Source of the DNA: Naegleria gruberi
Taxonomy: Eukaryota
NCBI GenBank assembly: GCA_000004985.1
Contig: GG738901.1
DNA length: 64,000 nucleotides
Strand: one strand, 5' to 3'
Shown: in pieces, positions 10,921 through 23,146 of the stretch
How positions within the stretch are numbered: position 1 is the first letter of the stretch
How the letters are laid out: each line of letters opens with the position of its first letter
The notes under the pieces: model-generated
Seen by the model: only the letters and a program-made list of their open reading frames with translations
Told to the model about the DNA's origin: nothing
Databases searched by the model: none
Translations under genes and position numbers: made by a program

Positions 10921-12211
10921 ATGGGTCTTAGACACGCCGTTCCAACCAAGGATACTCACTATGATGAATCCGAAGATATCTACTGTGTTTGTGTAGGTAT
11001 GCAAGGAAGCAGACCAGAAATGGAAGATGCTCACTGCTTGAGACTTGATATTCAAAACGATTTGAAGACACTCAAACAAAAGCCACACCAATACAAATCA
11101 TTGAACTTCTTTGGTGTATTTGACGGTCACGCTGGAGCTGAAGCCTCCAAGTTCTGTGCTGATAATATTCTTAGTGTTGTTGATGAACATTTGGAAAAGT
11201 CATCAAACTTGGAACTCTCAGACGAATTGATTACTGCTGCCTACTTGGCCCTTGATGAAAAGTTAAAAACTTATATGGAAAAGGTTCAAGGAATTAGCCC
11301 ATTCAATGGAAGTGGTTCAACTGGTATAACTTGTTTTGTCAAGGTTGCCGATTGTGATGTTGAAGCAATTTGTGCCAACGTTGGTGACTCTCGTTGTATC
11401 ATGTACCACAATGGAAAGACTATTGAAATGTCTTTCGATCAAAAGCCAATGAACGAAAGTAAGTTTAAAATTCTCACAATAATACTAAATAATAATAGTT
11501 GAAAAGAAGAGAATTGAAGCTGCTGATTGTACTGTCACTATGAATCGTGTTAATGGTAATCTTGCTGTTGCACGTGCTTTTGGTGATTTCCGTTATAAGG
11601 GTAATGAAAAGAAGAAGGCTGAAGATCAAGCTGTTTGTTGTGTTCCAGAAATTATCAGACAAAAGATGGACGGATTCACTAAAGGAAATAAGACTTCTCC
11701 AAGTTTCTTGATCTTGGCTTGTGATGGTTTGTGGGATAAATTCACAAATGAAGAAGCTGCTTTATATGTCAAACAACAATTGGAAAAGTATGATATTTTC
11801 AATGAAACTGAAATTTCTAGTGATTTGATGCAACCAATTAAGATTACCTGGTTGAACAAGAAGGTTGACGAATGGGATGCTGCTGATGTTGAAGGATGGA
11901 TTGAAAGTTTAGGTGTACCATATAACAATTATTTCTTAAGCAAGTTCAGAAATGGTACTGACCTTAAGCAAATCATGTTACAAGAAGATAAGTTCAATCG
12001 TTTGAAGGAAACTTTAAGACATGTTTCAAACTTTGTAGATGAATTCAGAAAGAAGTTCATGGAAAGAAATGAAATACAAGAAAAGCCAAAGACAGTGCCA
12101 AAGACAACTCGTGAAAAGTTGATCCATTTGACTGAACGTATGGTTGACTATGCAGTTTTTGAAAAGAGAAGTGATGACAACGTTTCCGTGGCCATTATTT
12201 TGTTCAAGTAA
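10921..12211 (+). CDS. Protein phosphatase 2C (PPM family) with about 100-aa SAM-like insertion; 2 exons join(10921..11458,11499..12211)
   Basis: Motifs MEDAH, FGVFDGHAG, GSTG, ANVGDSR, then the 40-nt intron GTAAGT...AATAG (11459..11498). Exon 2 restores ..QKPMNEIEKKRIEAA..RVNGNLAVARAFGD, ..ACDGLWD and terminal DNVSVAIILF. Phase 1/2 consistent. Insert WDAADVEGWIESLGVPYNNYFLSKFRNGTDLKQIMLQEDKF fits the SAM consensus. Confidence 0.85.
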
Positions 12212-13148
12212 ATTCCCTCCCTCTATAAATTTATTTAAAATTTCTCCTTACTAGTCCTTTGATTGTTATCTTTGAAATGAACTGTGCATTTCGACGGAAG
12301 GTCCATTACTGTTATTCAATTTATTATTTGATAAATATTTAAAATTGGCAATAGATAGAAAGAAATGGAATTGTGCGTAAGTTAAGATTTTTTGACCTCC
12401 TTCAAGTACAGCTACTACTGTTCGAATAGAACTCGAAGTAATATTGTAAATCATTTAGATGTTGTTTCTAAACAAAGAGTTTTTACAATTTCACGTGACT
12501 TGCGCCCTGCAATCCTTTAATTCATGGATTAAAAATCTCAGAAAACGAATTTGAAAATGCTTCCCAAATACAGAGAAGAAATCTTAAAGATTTGATTCAT
12601 CTCTATTATCATCTCACCAATAATGAAACACATGAATGTTCTGATTGTTCTCTATATATTTGAATGAACACTTTTACAATTCATCTACAGTTTGTTTCAT
12701 TAAGAATCCATTAAACAAATGCATGAAATAACATGTTTGGCAACAAGCTCACCTTTCGATTCAGAACTCAGAAACCTGGTACGAGATATTGCCATATCAA
12801 TACCATCCACATACAATGAACCACGTACATTCGATATTCAAAGCAGTTCACGACTCACACGACAAGTAACCAAACTCTCATGCTTTCATAAAAATTAAAC
12901 ATTGTTACTTATTGCCGAAACAATAAACCTTTCCATTTATTTATCTTACCTTCTAAAAAATGTTTAATATTGACTCTTGGCTAGAAATCTTCCTGGTTAA
13001 ATGGATGAATTTCATCGGGAGCTCTGACGTCTGTCAATCATGTCTTATAATATGGCCAACACCGAGCATTCCACTAAATGTGCGTTAGAAATACAATTTG
13101 AGAAGGAGGTAAACTTCATAGGACCAATTCACAACTAAGAAATAATAC

Positions 13149-13727
13149 ATGCTTTATGATTCAACAGGTTTTTCACATTCAAAACAAATACAACAATTAA
13201 ATTATTCCAAATATCTATTCGAAAGTATGACCTTCACAATTATTACACAATTTGAAAGTGATAGAACATTTGCTACTGTCACAGAAACAGTTGATTCGCA
13301 AGAAGAATCCGTGCAGAGCCAGGATTCTTTTGACCTTTCTAATAACTTTGCCTTGTCATCTAATAATGTTTCCAATAACCACACCTATAGCCAACAAGAA
13401 CAATCTGAAAATGCATCATCGCCTTCGTCTCCAAGAGGTATCACCAAGAAGAAGCGAAAGAATTCAAAGAATTCTGTGGTGGTTGATTTTCCATCAGTAA
13501 TCACAACTGTTTCGAATAACAATAATTCAACCAACACCACTCCAACACAACAAACTTCTTCCTCCTCCTCACAATACCAAGACGATATGTGGATGCAAGG
13601 TGTTTTATTCCAATTCAAAAACTCTTGTCTCTGTTCTTCATATTCGTCCAGTTATTCGATAAAACAAACAAAGAAACCAAGTAGCAATCCAACATCGGTG
13701 CTCGTTTCGAATAGAAGAACAATTTAA
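13149..13727 (+). CDS. Small S/N/T-rich hypothetical protein (192 aa)
   Basis: ATG ORF with low-complexity composition (SNNVSNNHTYSQQEQ, NNNNSTNTTPTQQTSSSSSQ). Coding status uncertain. Confidence 0.3.
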   Translation: MLYDSTGFSHSKQIQQLNYSKYLFESMTFTIITQFESDRTFATVTETVDSQEESVQSQDSFDLSNNFALSSNNVSNNHTYSQQEQSENASSPSSPRGITKKKRKNSKNSVVVDFPSVITTVSNNNNSTNTTPTQQTSSSSSQYQDDMWMQGVLFQFKNSCLCSSYSSSYSIKQTKKPSSNPTSVLVSNRRTI

Positions 13728-14029
13728 TAATAATCGGTTGAAATCCTACTTTAAAATTTAGCAAAATAGAGCTTTACGAGTCAACGAGCTCTAAAATTAT
13801 TCACATTCACACAAACTACTACTACTACTATTAGAAAATAAACATTTCTATTAGAATTCTTCAAAATTGATGTTGTGAGAGTTTTGTAATGGATTGGCGG
13901 TATCTTAATATTCAAAATTGATCATGTAGAAAATCTTCTTTGTTGTGTATTTGTTGTAAGGTAAGGTCTTTAAATATTTAAAGAAAAATAAGAAAAATTC
14001 AAGAAAAAAATTGAAAAATTTAAAAAAAA

Positions 14030-15208
14030 ATGAAAAGAAAAATCGATCAACTTTTAAGCGTATTCTCAAAAAAGAAGAAAAAGGAAGAAAAATCATCGGA
14101 CGAACAAGCAAATTCATCAACAGGAAGCAATGAATTAAGATTTGAAGCCAATAATTACGAGAGTTGTATCGGAACACTTTGCGATACGAAAATTGTTTTG
14201 AATATCATGAAGTTTTTGGAGGTGAATGAAATTTTGTTTAATATTTGTTGTACTTCTCAGAGTAAGGATAATAGTAGAGAGGAATATAATTTGGATATTA
14301 AACCATTATATTTGGTTTGCAAATTTTGGTTCAAAATTATTCAATCGGAGGAATTTTCAAGAAATTACTTGTTAATTTATCATAATTTGGTGAATCATCG
14401 AAGAATTAAATTGTTTAATATGAGTGAGATGGATCTTACATTGGAAAAGATTGAGAATGTTTATAAACAAGCTCGATTGACTCTGATTCAAGACGGAGAC
14501 GAACCAATTTCACAAGATTTCTATCAAAGATTAATGATGCTGAGAGGAAGATTGATTCTTCACAATTCGAATGAATATTTGGAATATTTAACAAGAAAGG
14601 TTGCTGATATTACTAGGAGAAACAAGATTACTGCCAAGAAGAATGTTAAAGATTGGACAGAACCTTTCGATGATTTGAACGAATTTATAGAAATGATTTC
14701 ACAAAATTCACATAATAATCATGCAAGAATGAGTTTTGCAAGTAATCTCTACACTCAATTTCTCAATTTAGGATATGCAGGAGATTGTGAAAATCCAATT
14801 GAAGATCCAGAAGTGCAACAAATATTCAAACATTTAAGAAAGTGGAAACTCTCATGTTTGATAACACAGTCATCAAGGGAAATTTTGGAAATGAGATTTT
14901 CAAATTCCTTGTTTTGTACCTTTGAAAATGATAATTTGAGAGAATATGTTTTATTCAGAGATGATGGAGAGCCTTTAAAGTTGACCTCTAACAATGAAGG
15001 AATTATGATTAATGAAGTTTTCCTATTGAAAGTTGTGGAGGATAGAAAGGAAGGAGAGGACATGTTCTATCTCAACAAGTCATTCCCATACAATGATTTT
15101 CTAGGCTACACTCCAAACCAAGACGAAAAGGAATTCATTTTGAGCTTTTTCACATTCTTTGCCACAAATGGCCTTGTTTCTAATGGTGATGAAGATGAAA
15201 GTGATTAA
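14030..15208 (+). CDS. Hypothetical protein with N-terminal F-box-like motif (392 aa)
   Basis: ATG at 14030. KIVLNIMKFLEVNEILFNICCTSQ...LYLVCKFWFKIIQSEEFSRNY resembles the F-box consensus (..vCK.W..l...). Remainder unrecognised. Confidence 0.5.
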   Translation: MKRKIDQLLSVFSKKKKKEEKSSDEQANSSTGSNELRFEANNYESCIGTLCDTKIVLNIMKFLEVNEILFNICCTSQSKDNSREEYNLDIKPLYLVCKFWFKIIQSEEFSRNYLLIYHNLVNHRRIKLFNMSEMDLTLEKIENVYKQARLTLIQDGDEPISQDFYQRLMMLRGRLILHNSNEYLEYLTRKVADITRRNKITAKKNVKDWTEPFDDLNEFIEMISQNSHNNHARMSFASNLYTQFLNLGYAGDCENPIEDPEVQQIFKHLRKWKLSCLITQSSREILEMRFSNSLFCTFENDNLREYVLFRDDGEPLKLTSNNEGIMINEVFLLKVVEDRKEGEDMFYLNKSFPYNDFLGYTPNQDEKEFILSFFTFFATNGLVSNGDEDESD

Positions 15209-15279
15209 AATCTTGATGTTCTTTCAAAATTCTTTCCAATATTCTTTCAACTGACAAAAAACAAATGAGAAATAATTAT

Positions 15280-16614
15280 TTATTTTAACAAGGAAGAGTC
15301 ATACTGATCTCTAGTTTCTAAAATCTTGTACTTATTTTCTAGAGGACATTCGCCTCCACTTACAGTATCCAAAGAGAATCGATGGATGTAACCATCAAAG
15401 CTTACTACTACAAGTGCATCATTATTTGGAGTAATTCCACAAATATTTCTTGTTTCGTTTTCTGGTAATTTTACAGAAGCATGAGCAAAGTTACGGACAC
15501 TATCCCACATGTTGTGAAGAGTGTCACTAATTGATCCAACATTTTGTGTTCTCTTCTTTCTGAATAATAAATTAAATATTTAAATATATTATCATGCAAA
15601 ACTTACTCGTCCTTTTCTTGATTTTGATTCAATTTAAAAACGTGAACGGTTCCCTTGTCACTTGAAACACAAACCATTGAAGAATCTGAAGAAAATGAAA
15701 TACTATAAATACGAGCTGCTGTTGAACCTCTTCTCAAGGTATGCAATAGTTCACATCCTGGAATTGAGAAAATTCTAATCACAGTACCCTTTCCTGATGC
15801 TGTTGCAAGCATGGTACCATCTTGATTGAATTGTATTATTGATACGTCACTCTTATGGGCTTTGATAAAGTTGACTTGTTTAGGGTTGATGGCATCGTAG
15901 AGAATAACATCTCCGGACTCTGTTGGTGATGGATATGCCATATAACTAACGTCATTCTTTCCTCCACTGACTCCTGTTGGTGTAGATGAAGGTATGCTAG
16001 AAAGTACACACAATCCTAAATTGTTTTTTGTTTCAATTGTCCTGAGAATTTTCATAGATGAAATATCAAAGATATGAATCTTATCTTGAAGTACAACTAC
16101 AAGTCTTCTCTTTGATACTTTAACATTTAAAATTGTACTAGTAAAGTTTAGTTCACAAATTGCCTTGTTCTCACTCGAGTTGAAAAGTTGAAGTCTTCTA
16201 GGACTTAAACTTGCTTGATGTCCGGCACCAACAAGAGCTAATAAACTAGAGCTATATAACATTTGTACAAGACTCATTCCTCCAGCTACATGAATAGTAA
16301 ATTAATAATTAATATATTAGAATATTGGAATGATGATGTGATATATATCATAGTCCATTATTATCATCGTCATCACGATGAGTATGCAAATAATAATAAT
16401 AATACCATCAAATATTAATAATAATAATATGATTAATTAATATCAAAGGAATAATAAAACACGTACGTTGGGAATAGCATTTCTTCAACGGATCCAATGT
16501 AAAGATTTTATATGAACAATCGGTACCAACACTCACACAACTGCAATCTTGATTAAAAGCAGCAAACAAAATCTTCTCCGATCCTCCAGAAATATGATCT
16601 GTTGATGTACTCAT
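15280..16614 (-). CDS. WIPI/Atg18-family WD40 beta-propeller (PROPPIN); 3 exons join(16614..16467,16285..15607,15559..15280)
   Basis: Strong similarity to WIPI1/2 throughout (ILFAAFNQDCSCVSVGTDCSYKIFTL; LATASGKGTVIRIFSIP; L/FRRG motif as HTLRRGSTAARIYSISFS; TVHVFKL; C-terminal VVVSFDGYIHRFSLDTVSGGEC). Introns are GTACGT..TAG (181 nt, AT-rich with AAT runs) and GTAAGT..CAG (47 nt). Phases are consistent. ORF-track start 16626 is TTG; first ATG is 16614. Confidence 0.85.
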
Positions 16615-17290
16615 ATTTTCGATCAAAATTTAAATTATATATATAAATGAATACTTCTATTAATTACTCTATCAAGCTGTACAAATTCTCCAACAAAAAA
16701 GAAGCACCTCTTAGAGTTGTGTTTTTTAAAATTGTTCAAAGATTGGAACGTTCAAAGTAGAAGCGAAAACCAAGCTTGTGCAAGACTTTGAAATTTTTTA
16801 AAGATTTTGTGAGGAAATGTGATGATTTTGGACGACAAGCGAAATAAAAAGAACAAGAGTTAGTGTGTTGACTGGAAACGTGAGGAAGCCGAAATTGTGT
16901 TAAGGTTCATGAGTCTTAATATTGCTCAATAATTGGTCAGCTTGATGATGATTTGAAATAATAATTTTAAAAAATTGAAATATTTATTATAATAATTGTA
17001 AATTGTGTTGATTATTATAAAGCTTATTAACCATTCGGAGATGAGAATGGAGAAATGAAGAAGATTAACACTTTCGGATGAAATAATTGTATCGTGATGG
17101 GTAAGAAAAGATTTTTTGGTAAGGCAAATAATTGTTTCTTTTCAAATATTGATTTTGTCGCATCATTAAAAACAAAAAGCCTTCTCATCATCAACTCATG
17201 ACAGTTGACCTTTTCTAAATCTTTGGATATTCCTCTACCCTAACATTATCTTTTTTGCTTTTATCAATACTACTTCGGAGGAGAGAGAAG

Positions 17291-20200
17291 ATGAATTTTC
17301 ATATCGTTCTCTTACTCTTGTTGGTCATCATTAATTTGATGATATTTTCATCATCGGCTCTTGCAACGCTTTCCCTTGGACCAGAAGAAGCAAATGAAAA
17401 AGCAACAAGAACATCATTCATTCCAAATAATAATAATAATAATAACAACTTTGCTAGAGAACAACAGCTGAAACAACGTAGAAGGTTTCTTATTAACAAT
17501 GATCCAATTTATGGGAAATTAAATTCATATTTCCATGAGGAGGAAACAAGAGCCTTGGCGACTACTAGATATTCAACAACAACAACTTCAGTGAATGGAG
17601 AGTTCTTTTCGAATATTAGAGAAGAGCAAGAACAGTCGTCTGGTGTTCTCTCATCATCAGCAACACGGAATGTTCATAAAGAAAATAATGTAAATAATCA
17701 AACAAGAGGTTATGATAGAAGATTCGCTAGGGAACAATTGATGGTCGAAGAAGTATCTGCTACTGTATCATTATATGATTCGGCTGCTGTGACTGCTAAA
17801 GCAAGCATTCCTACAGTTTATCTATTCGAAAGTTTGGATGAGACAAGTGAAAATAATACATGCACAAGTGTGAATTCTCCTTGTAAGAATTGGACCATGG
17901 CTGTGAATAAGGTATTCTCTTTGTGTGAAGCCTCTGTTAGCAAATTGCCCTCTAAAACTGTTAACAGTTGTGAGGCAAAAATTGAATTATTAAGTGGAGT
18001 GAATAGTTGTGAAGGAGTTATTCCACAACTTTTATTATATCAAATCAAAATTTCAATTTATAGTAGTACAGCTCAATATAAGATGATATGTGGAGGAAAT
18101 ACCTTGTCACTTTTTGGAAATTTATTGACTGGTGTTTCAGATGCCTCAAATGTTTCACTCTCATTCAATAATATTGGCTTGACAAATGTGGTTTTTATAT
18201 TTTCTTCATTTGGAGAAGTTTCTTTCAATGGAACTAAACTAGATGGTGTGTTTTTCAATACCACTATCATTTCGTAAGTTTTCTTTCAGTATATATGAAT
18301 TGCAACTTATTTCTTGATAATTTAAATAACCTTAGAAGGTTCACCCTCAGCAAATCTTACGCTTCAGATTTGTACTTGGCTCAATTTTTTACCAAATTCT
18401 CACCAATTTCAACAGATTTTCTAACACTACAACAATCAATTTTGGAATATTGCTATTTTTCTGTAACATCAAGGGCAATAGATATAAAATCAAATACCAT
18501 GACCAATATTCGGATGACTTTTGATGCTCTTAGTAGAGTAGTAATAAGAGATAGCTCATTTTCTGATAGTACAGTACTCATTTCATCGAGTGATTTGTTG
18601 ATTGGTACAGGTTTTGCAGAATTTTCATTCTATATCGTAAATATTAGCTTTTCGAGATCGAGCTTAATTGTCACCTATTATAGAAATGGAAGAGCTCTTG
18701 TCTCTTCAAAACTTTATGTGATTGGATGCAATTTTTCTGGAAAAGCGCCATATTATCAAGTATCAGTAGTTGACTTTACAACAATAACTATTGATAATTG
18801 TATATTTAATGGACTCAATACCTATTCAGAATATAGTGCCCTCTCAATCAAGTCATACTATTCTAAAACTGAGGCAGAAATAACCAGTACAACTTTTAGC
18901 AATTATTATTCAAAAGCCTCAGGTGCAGCTCTTAATATTTATGGTGTTGAAATTGGATACATAGCCGATTGTATATTCAAGAATAACACAGCCCTCGATA
19001 ATGGTAAGTATGAAATTGTAATTAATAATATTAATTGTGCTTTTAATATAGGCGGAGCACTAACAATTGACAGAGTTGGATTAGCAACTGTTCAATACTG
19101 TAAATTTGTGGAAAACAAGTTTGAGAGTAAGAGAGAAAGTCAATTCTTTTCATATGGTGGAGGTGCATTATATGTTTACAAGTCATTTATTGAATTAACC
19201 AAGAATTTATTCACTAAAAATTCAGCTAATGGACTAGGTGGTGCTATCATTGTAAATACAGCCTGTAGTGTCAAGACATCAAATGATGTGTTTGATGATA
19301 ATTATTCACTCTATGGAGGAGCTATTGCTTACACAGATTATCAATTGAACGATTGTAGTAATGTAGTTTTCTTTACTTATAATTCTACTTTCATTAATAA
19401 TAAGGCAAAGTATTTTGGAGGATTCTTCTTTGGGAGAAAGTTACCAGTCATGTACTTTGATACTTTTACCAGCTTTAGACTCAATTCAGCACAATTGAGC
19501 GGAGGAGGAATTTATTATTTGGAAAAACCTGCTGCTAAGAAGGTTATTAATGGAGATCCTGAAAAGCTTGGTTTTGGTAATACAGGCATGTACACTAGCT
19601 CAAATATTGAATCATTCCCAACTCGAATGGAGGTATACTCCAAGAGTAGCATGGAATCTCAGAGTGGCGTTCTAACTAATATGCACTTGTTGCTATTGGA
19701 TGAAAACAACCAAACAACTCCATACTTCCCTGGAATGATGGACTTGGAGTTACAAGCTGATGGACTATCTTTTATTGTGACAAAGTTTACTTTTTCCAAC
19801 ACTAGTAGAACTCTCAAGTTGGACTATACTTTTTATTCCAAAACCGCTGAATTTCCATTCCAAAGCAATCTACTATTAATTTTGAGATTGAAAGAATTTG
19901 ATATTGCTCAATATTTTGAGTTCACTGCGACAACATGTAATATTGGTTATTATGTCATTAGAGATGAGGACAATGAAACATTGTACAAGTGTAGCCTTAC
20001 TCTTACGATCACCCTGTCAGCAACTATTGCTGGAATCTTATTGTTATTTATTGGATTTTTAGTAGGATTCTTCTTTTTAAGAATGATTAGAAGAATTACT
20101 ACAATAGTAATGGATTACAAGAAGAAGGAGCTAGCTGAAAAGGAGTTGACTGAAAGATTGATGAGCTATCAAGTCTTATTCGAACATGGAGACGTAGAAT

Positions 20201-21346
20201 TGGATGGCTATAAGCAGTGGATGATTCCAGTGAAAGATTTGGAGATTATTTCCAAGATTGGAGAAGGAGCTTACGGAACAGTTTACAAGGCAGTATGTTA
20301 TTTTTTATTCTTTCAATGATTATTTAATATTATTTATAATAGTTGTGGAAGACCAATGTAGAAGTGGCCATAAAATCCATCAAAGTTGATGAAGATTCAA
20401 TCTCTACTTTTGAACATGAAGCATCTTTATTGAGTAGTTGTAGACACTTGAATATTGTTACATTTTATGGATGTACAATAACTGGAGAAACTAATTATCT
20501 GGTTGAGGAATATATGAGTGGAGGTGGATTAGACAAGATGCTATATCGTGTTGGTAAAGGGCTAATTGCAATGAGTCTCAAACAAAAACTAAGAATTTTG
20601 ATTGATGTGTCTTGTGGAATGAGCTATCTCAATGAACTCAAACCTCCAATTATTCACAGGTACGTTCAACATTTCAATATTTTAATTTAACAAATTCTAA
20701 TCAGAGATTTGAAACCTGAGAATATCCTTCTTACAAGGGACATGGTAGCTAAGGTTTCTGATTTTGGCTTATCTACCATTTCAAATCCTCAGAGAACAAT
20801 GACATGCCAAATTGGCAGTTTATTCTATATGGCTCCAGGTAAGTTTATTCTTTGGATTATTCATCATTACTGAACTCAAAACCAGAACTTTTCAACAGCA
20901 ATTATTACAATGAGAAGTGTGATGTCTACTCCTTCTCAATTGTCATGTGGGAATTATTCTTTGGAACTCGTTATTCATCCTTTGGAGGTGATGCCAATGA
21001 TCGATTCAAATTTTTACTCACAAGAGAACAAATTTTGGAACTTTCCACACTCGCAACCAGTTCAATTGCCTTTGTGTTGAAGAAGGTTGCTGAGGGAACA
21101 AGACTTCCACTCCCAAACAGTACATCTAGTCACCTCAAATGGATTAGAGCTTTCATGCCTGAACATTCCAGTAATGATGAACATTGTAAAGTTATTGTAA
21201 AGGTGGTAGAGAAGTATTTTACTCTGATGGTAGAATGTTGGGATAACGATCACAGCAAGCGTCCTGGATTCAGAGATATTATGTATAGATTGAAGGAAAT
21301 GGTGGATTTGCTTTATTTTGATGAGTGTACAGTGAGAACTTTGTAA
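17291..21346 (+). CDS. Receptor-like TKL-type protein kinase with beta-helix-repeat ectodomain; 5 exons join(17291..18273,18336..20292,20343..20659,20705..20838,20886..21346)
   Basis: Signal peptide MNFHIVLLLLLVIINLMIFSSSALA. About 900-aa ectodomain with recurrent GG[AG][LI]/N-x-[FA]-x-N turns (GGALTIDRV, GGGALYVYKS, GLGGAIIVNTA, YGGAIAYTDY, SGGGIYYL). TM ITLSATIAGILLLFIGFLVGFFFL. Kinase motifs GEGAYGTVYKA, VAIK, HRDLKPENILL, DFGLS, MAPE, DVYSFSIVMWE. Introns are GTAAGT..TAG (62 nt), GTATGT..TAG (50), GTACGT..CAG (45), GTAAGT..CAG (47). All phases are consistent with the six-frame ORFs 17255..18277, 18295..20319, 20343..20690, 20852..21346. Confidence 0.8.
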
Positions 21347-21591
21347 ATTTTGATCATCATCATTAGCCATTGTTGTGGATTATTATACACTGTGAAATCC
21401 AGTTTATCGTGTTATCTCTTGGTTGCTGTTTAGTGATTGGGTTGCTTTCTGTACATTATTCGTTTTCCAAATATGGAAATCAGATAACAGTAACATAGAT
21501 TGTGGTCGACTGGACGCTCGCATTCTTTTGCTTCAATACTCCTCAAAACGCACCGATTATCGTTAACATCACCTCAAAAAAAGTTCGAATA

Positions 21592-22749
21592 ATGAGTGCA
21601 CCATCAACTACCAATAATTTCCTTGCAAATGTTTTGCAAACGCTTTCGAATAACTTTTTTGCAGACCTCAATAATACCAGCATCAGCACTCCAACCCTGA
21701 ATATCCTTTCCAATGAAACTGTACCAAATACAAGTCCTCCAACACCAACTCTTCATCCTCTTTCATACCCTTCTCTGGTAGCAAGTTTCAATAATTTTGA
21801 TAATTCTTCCATGTCTATGCGATCAGAGAGAGGAAACATGACTATTCGAAGAATGGTGAGTCCTCCAACTACAGATCCAGCACAAAACAATACCATTACA
21901 CCTCCACCAACAGTTGCCATACCAATTGTTCCTCCAGTGTTGGCTGGAGGTGCTCATCCACCTCCTGCTCACTTGTTGGGTGGAGCAGCTGCTAATGCTC
22001 CATTCACACCAGATAGTTTGCCTTGCATTCAATTTACCACTAATCTTTCGAATAGTTATTCAACCATTGTATCGACTAGACATAGCCGAACAATTGAGAC
22101 TCACTCCTGTGGAGCTTCTACTCAACCAAACACCTCGGTTGAATACATTTTTTATACGAAACACACTCATCCTCAATACACTTATTTTGAGGTAAAGCTG
22201 GCAGATAAACTCTTTTCTAATGCGCAGTCATCTGCTCCTGAAGTAGCTCTTGGTTTTGCACCTTTTGGATACAAGGGAATGGTCGGTTGGATGAAAAACT
22301 CAATTGGTTTCCATGTTGATAATGGACGAGTTTATGACGAGAGAGATGCAACAAACGGTATTGCAGATCGTGTATATTTAGGAAGTGTCAGTAGAGGAGA
22401 TGTCATTGGATGTTTGCTCAATCACAAGAATGGAGAATTTTTGGTTGTAAAGAATGGTCAAGAATTGCACAATCTTTCACATGGAACTGTCTTTAAGCAT
22501 GACCACTTTAAACAATCTCATCAATTTTTGCCAACCATTTCATGTTCAGATATTCACTTGGAAATGGAGGTGAATTTGGGATTGGACATGGTACGAAAAC
22601 CATTCCTCTATCCAAGAGTTGTTCACTTTAGACAATTGGACAGATTATTGGCCATGGTCATTTCAGAAGATCAACAAGTAACTTGTTCGAGTTTTAATTT
22701 CACAGATTTGAAAATCACCACACAAACCAATATTGTGCAATTTGATTAA
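21592..22749 (+). CDS. SPRY (B30.2-like) domain protein with Pro/Ser/Thr-rich N-terminus (about 385 aa)
   Basis: ORF 21502.. starts at GTG; first ATG is 21592. SPRY hallmarks YFEVKL...GFAPFGYKGMVGW..NSIGFHVDNGRVY...GDVIGCLLNHKNGEFLVVKNG. Confidence 0.65.
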   Translation: MSAPSTTNNFLANVLQTLSNNFFADLNNTSISTPTLNILSNETVPNTSPPTPTLHPLSYPSLVASFNNFDNSSMSMRSERGNMTIRRMVSPPTTDPAQNNTITPPPTVAIPIVPPVLAGGAHPPPAHLLGGAAANAPFTPDSLPCIQFTTNLSNSYSTIVSTRHSRTIETHSCGASTQPNTSVEYIFYTKHTHPQYTYFEVKLADKLFSNAQSSAPEVALGFAPFGYKGMVGWMKNSIGFHVDNGRVYDERDATNGIADRVYLGSVSRGDVIGCLLNHKNGEFLVVKNGQELHNLSHGTVFKHDHFKQSHQFLPTISCSDIHLEMEVNLGLDMVRKPFLYPRVVHFRQLDRLLAMVISEDQQVTCSSFNFTDLKITTQTNIVQFD

Positions 22750-22880
22750 TATTTCTCTGTTCAATTGAAATAATAAAAATGTAAATATTTAAAATACTTT
22801 CCTTTTTATTGATGATTTGTTGTATCAAAATTCAAATCTAAGATGACGTTTGTATTACATACAGATACCAAAAAGTCAAC

Positions 22881-22953
22881 CGCCCCACGTGGGGCTCGAA
22901 CCCACGACCGTTGGATTAAAAGTCCAACGCTCTACCGACTGAGCTAGCGGGGC
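22881..22953 (-). tRNA. tRNA-Lys (anticodon UUU)
   Basis: Reverse complement GCCCCGCTAGCTCAGTCGGTAGAGCGTTGGACTTTTAATCCAACGGTCGTGGGTTCGAGCCCCACGTGGGGCG. D arm GCTC/GAGC. Anticodon loop CTTTTAA. T loop TTCGAGC. Acceptor with one G-U pair. TTTTT downstream on the minus strand. Confidence 0.9.
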
Positions 22954-23146
22954 TGCTCATTATCTGTCCTATCAAGTTAAATTTCCGATGGTTGATTTTA
23001 TTTACGTCTTGTTGGTACTATCAATGTAACTGCAGATTGCACTTATTCCTTCATACTTTAATTCCTTCATAATAAGGTTTCAAATTGGGTTCACTGTTGA
23101 TTGAATGCTTCAATGCTTTAATTAATTTAAATATTATTTAAAAAAA

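Noticed and set aside
18295-20319. ORF starting MNCNLFLDNL.. as an independent gene
   Set aside because: Its first 14 codons fall inside a GTAAGT..TAG intron of the receptor-kinase gene. The in-frame continuation from 18336 joins exon 1 in phase.
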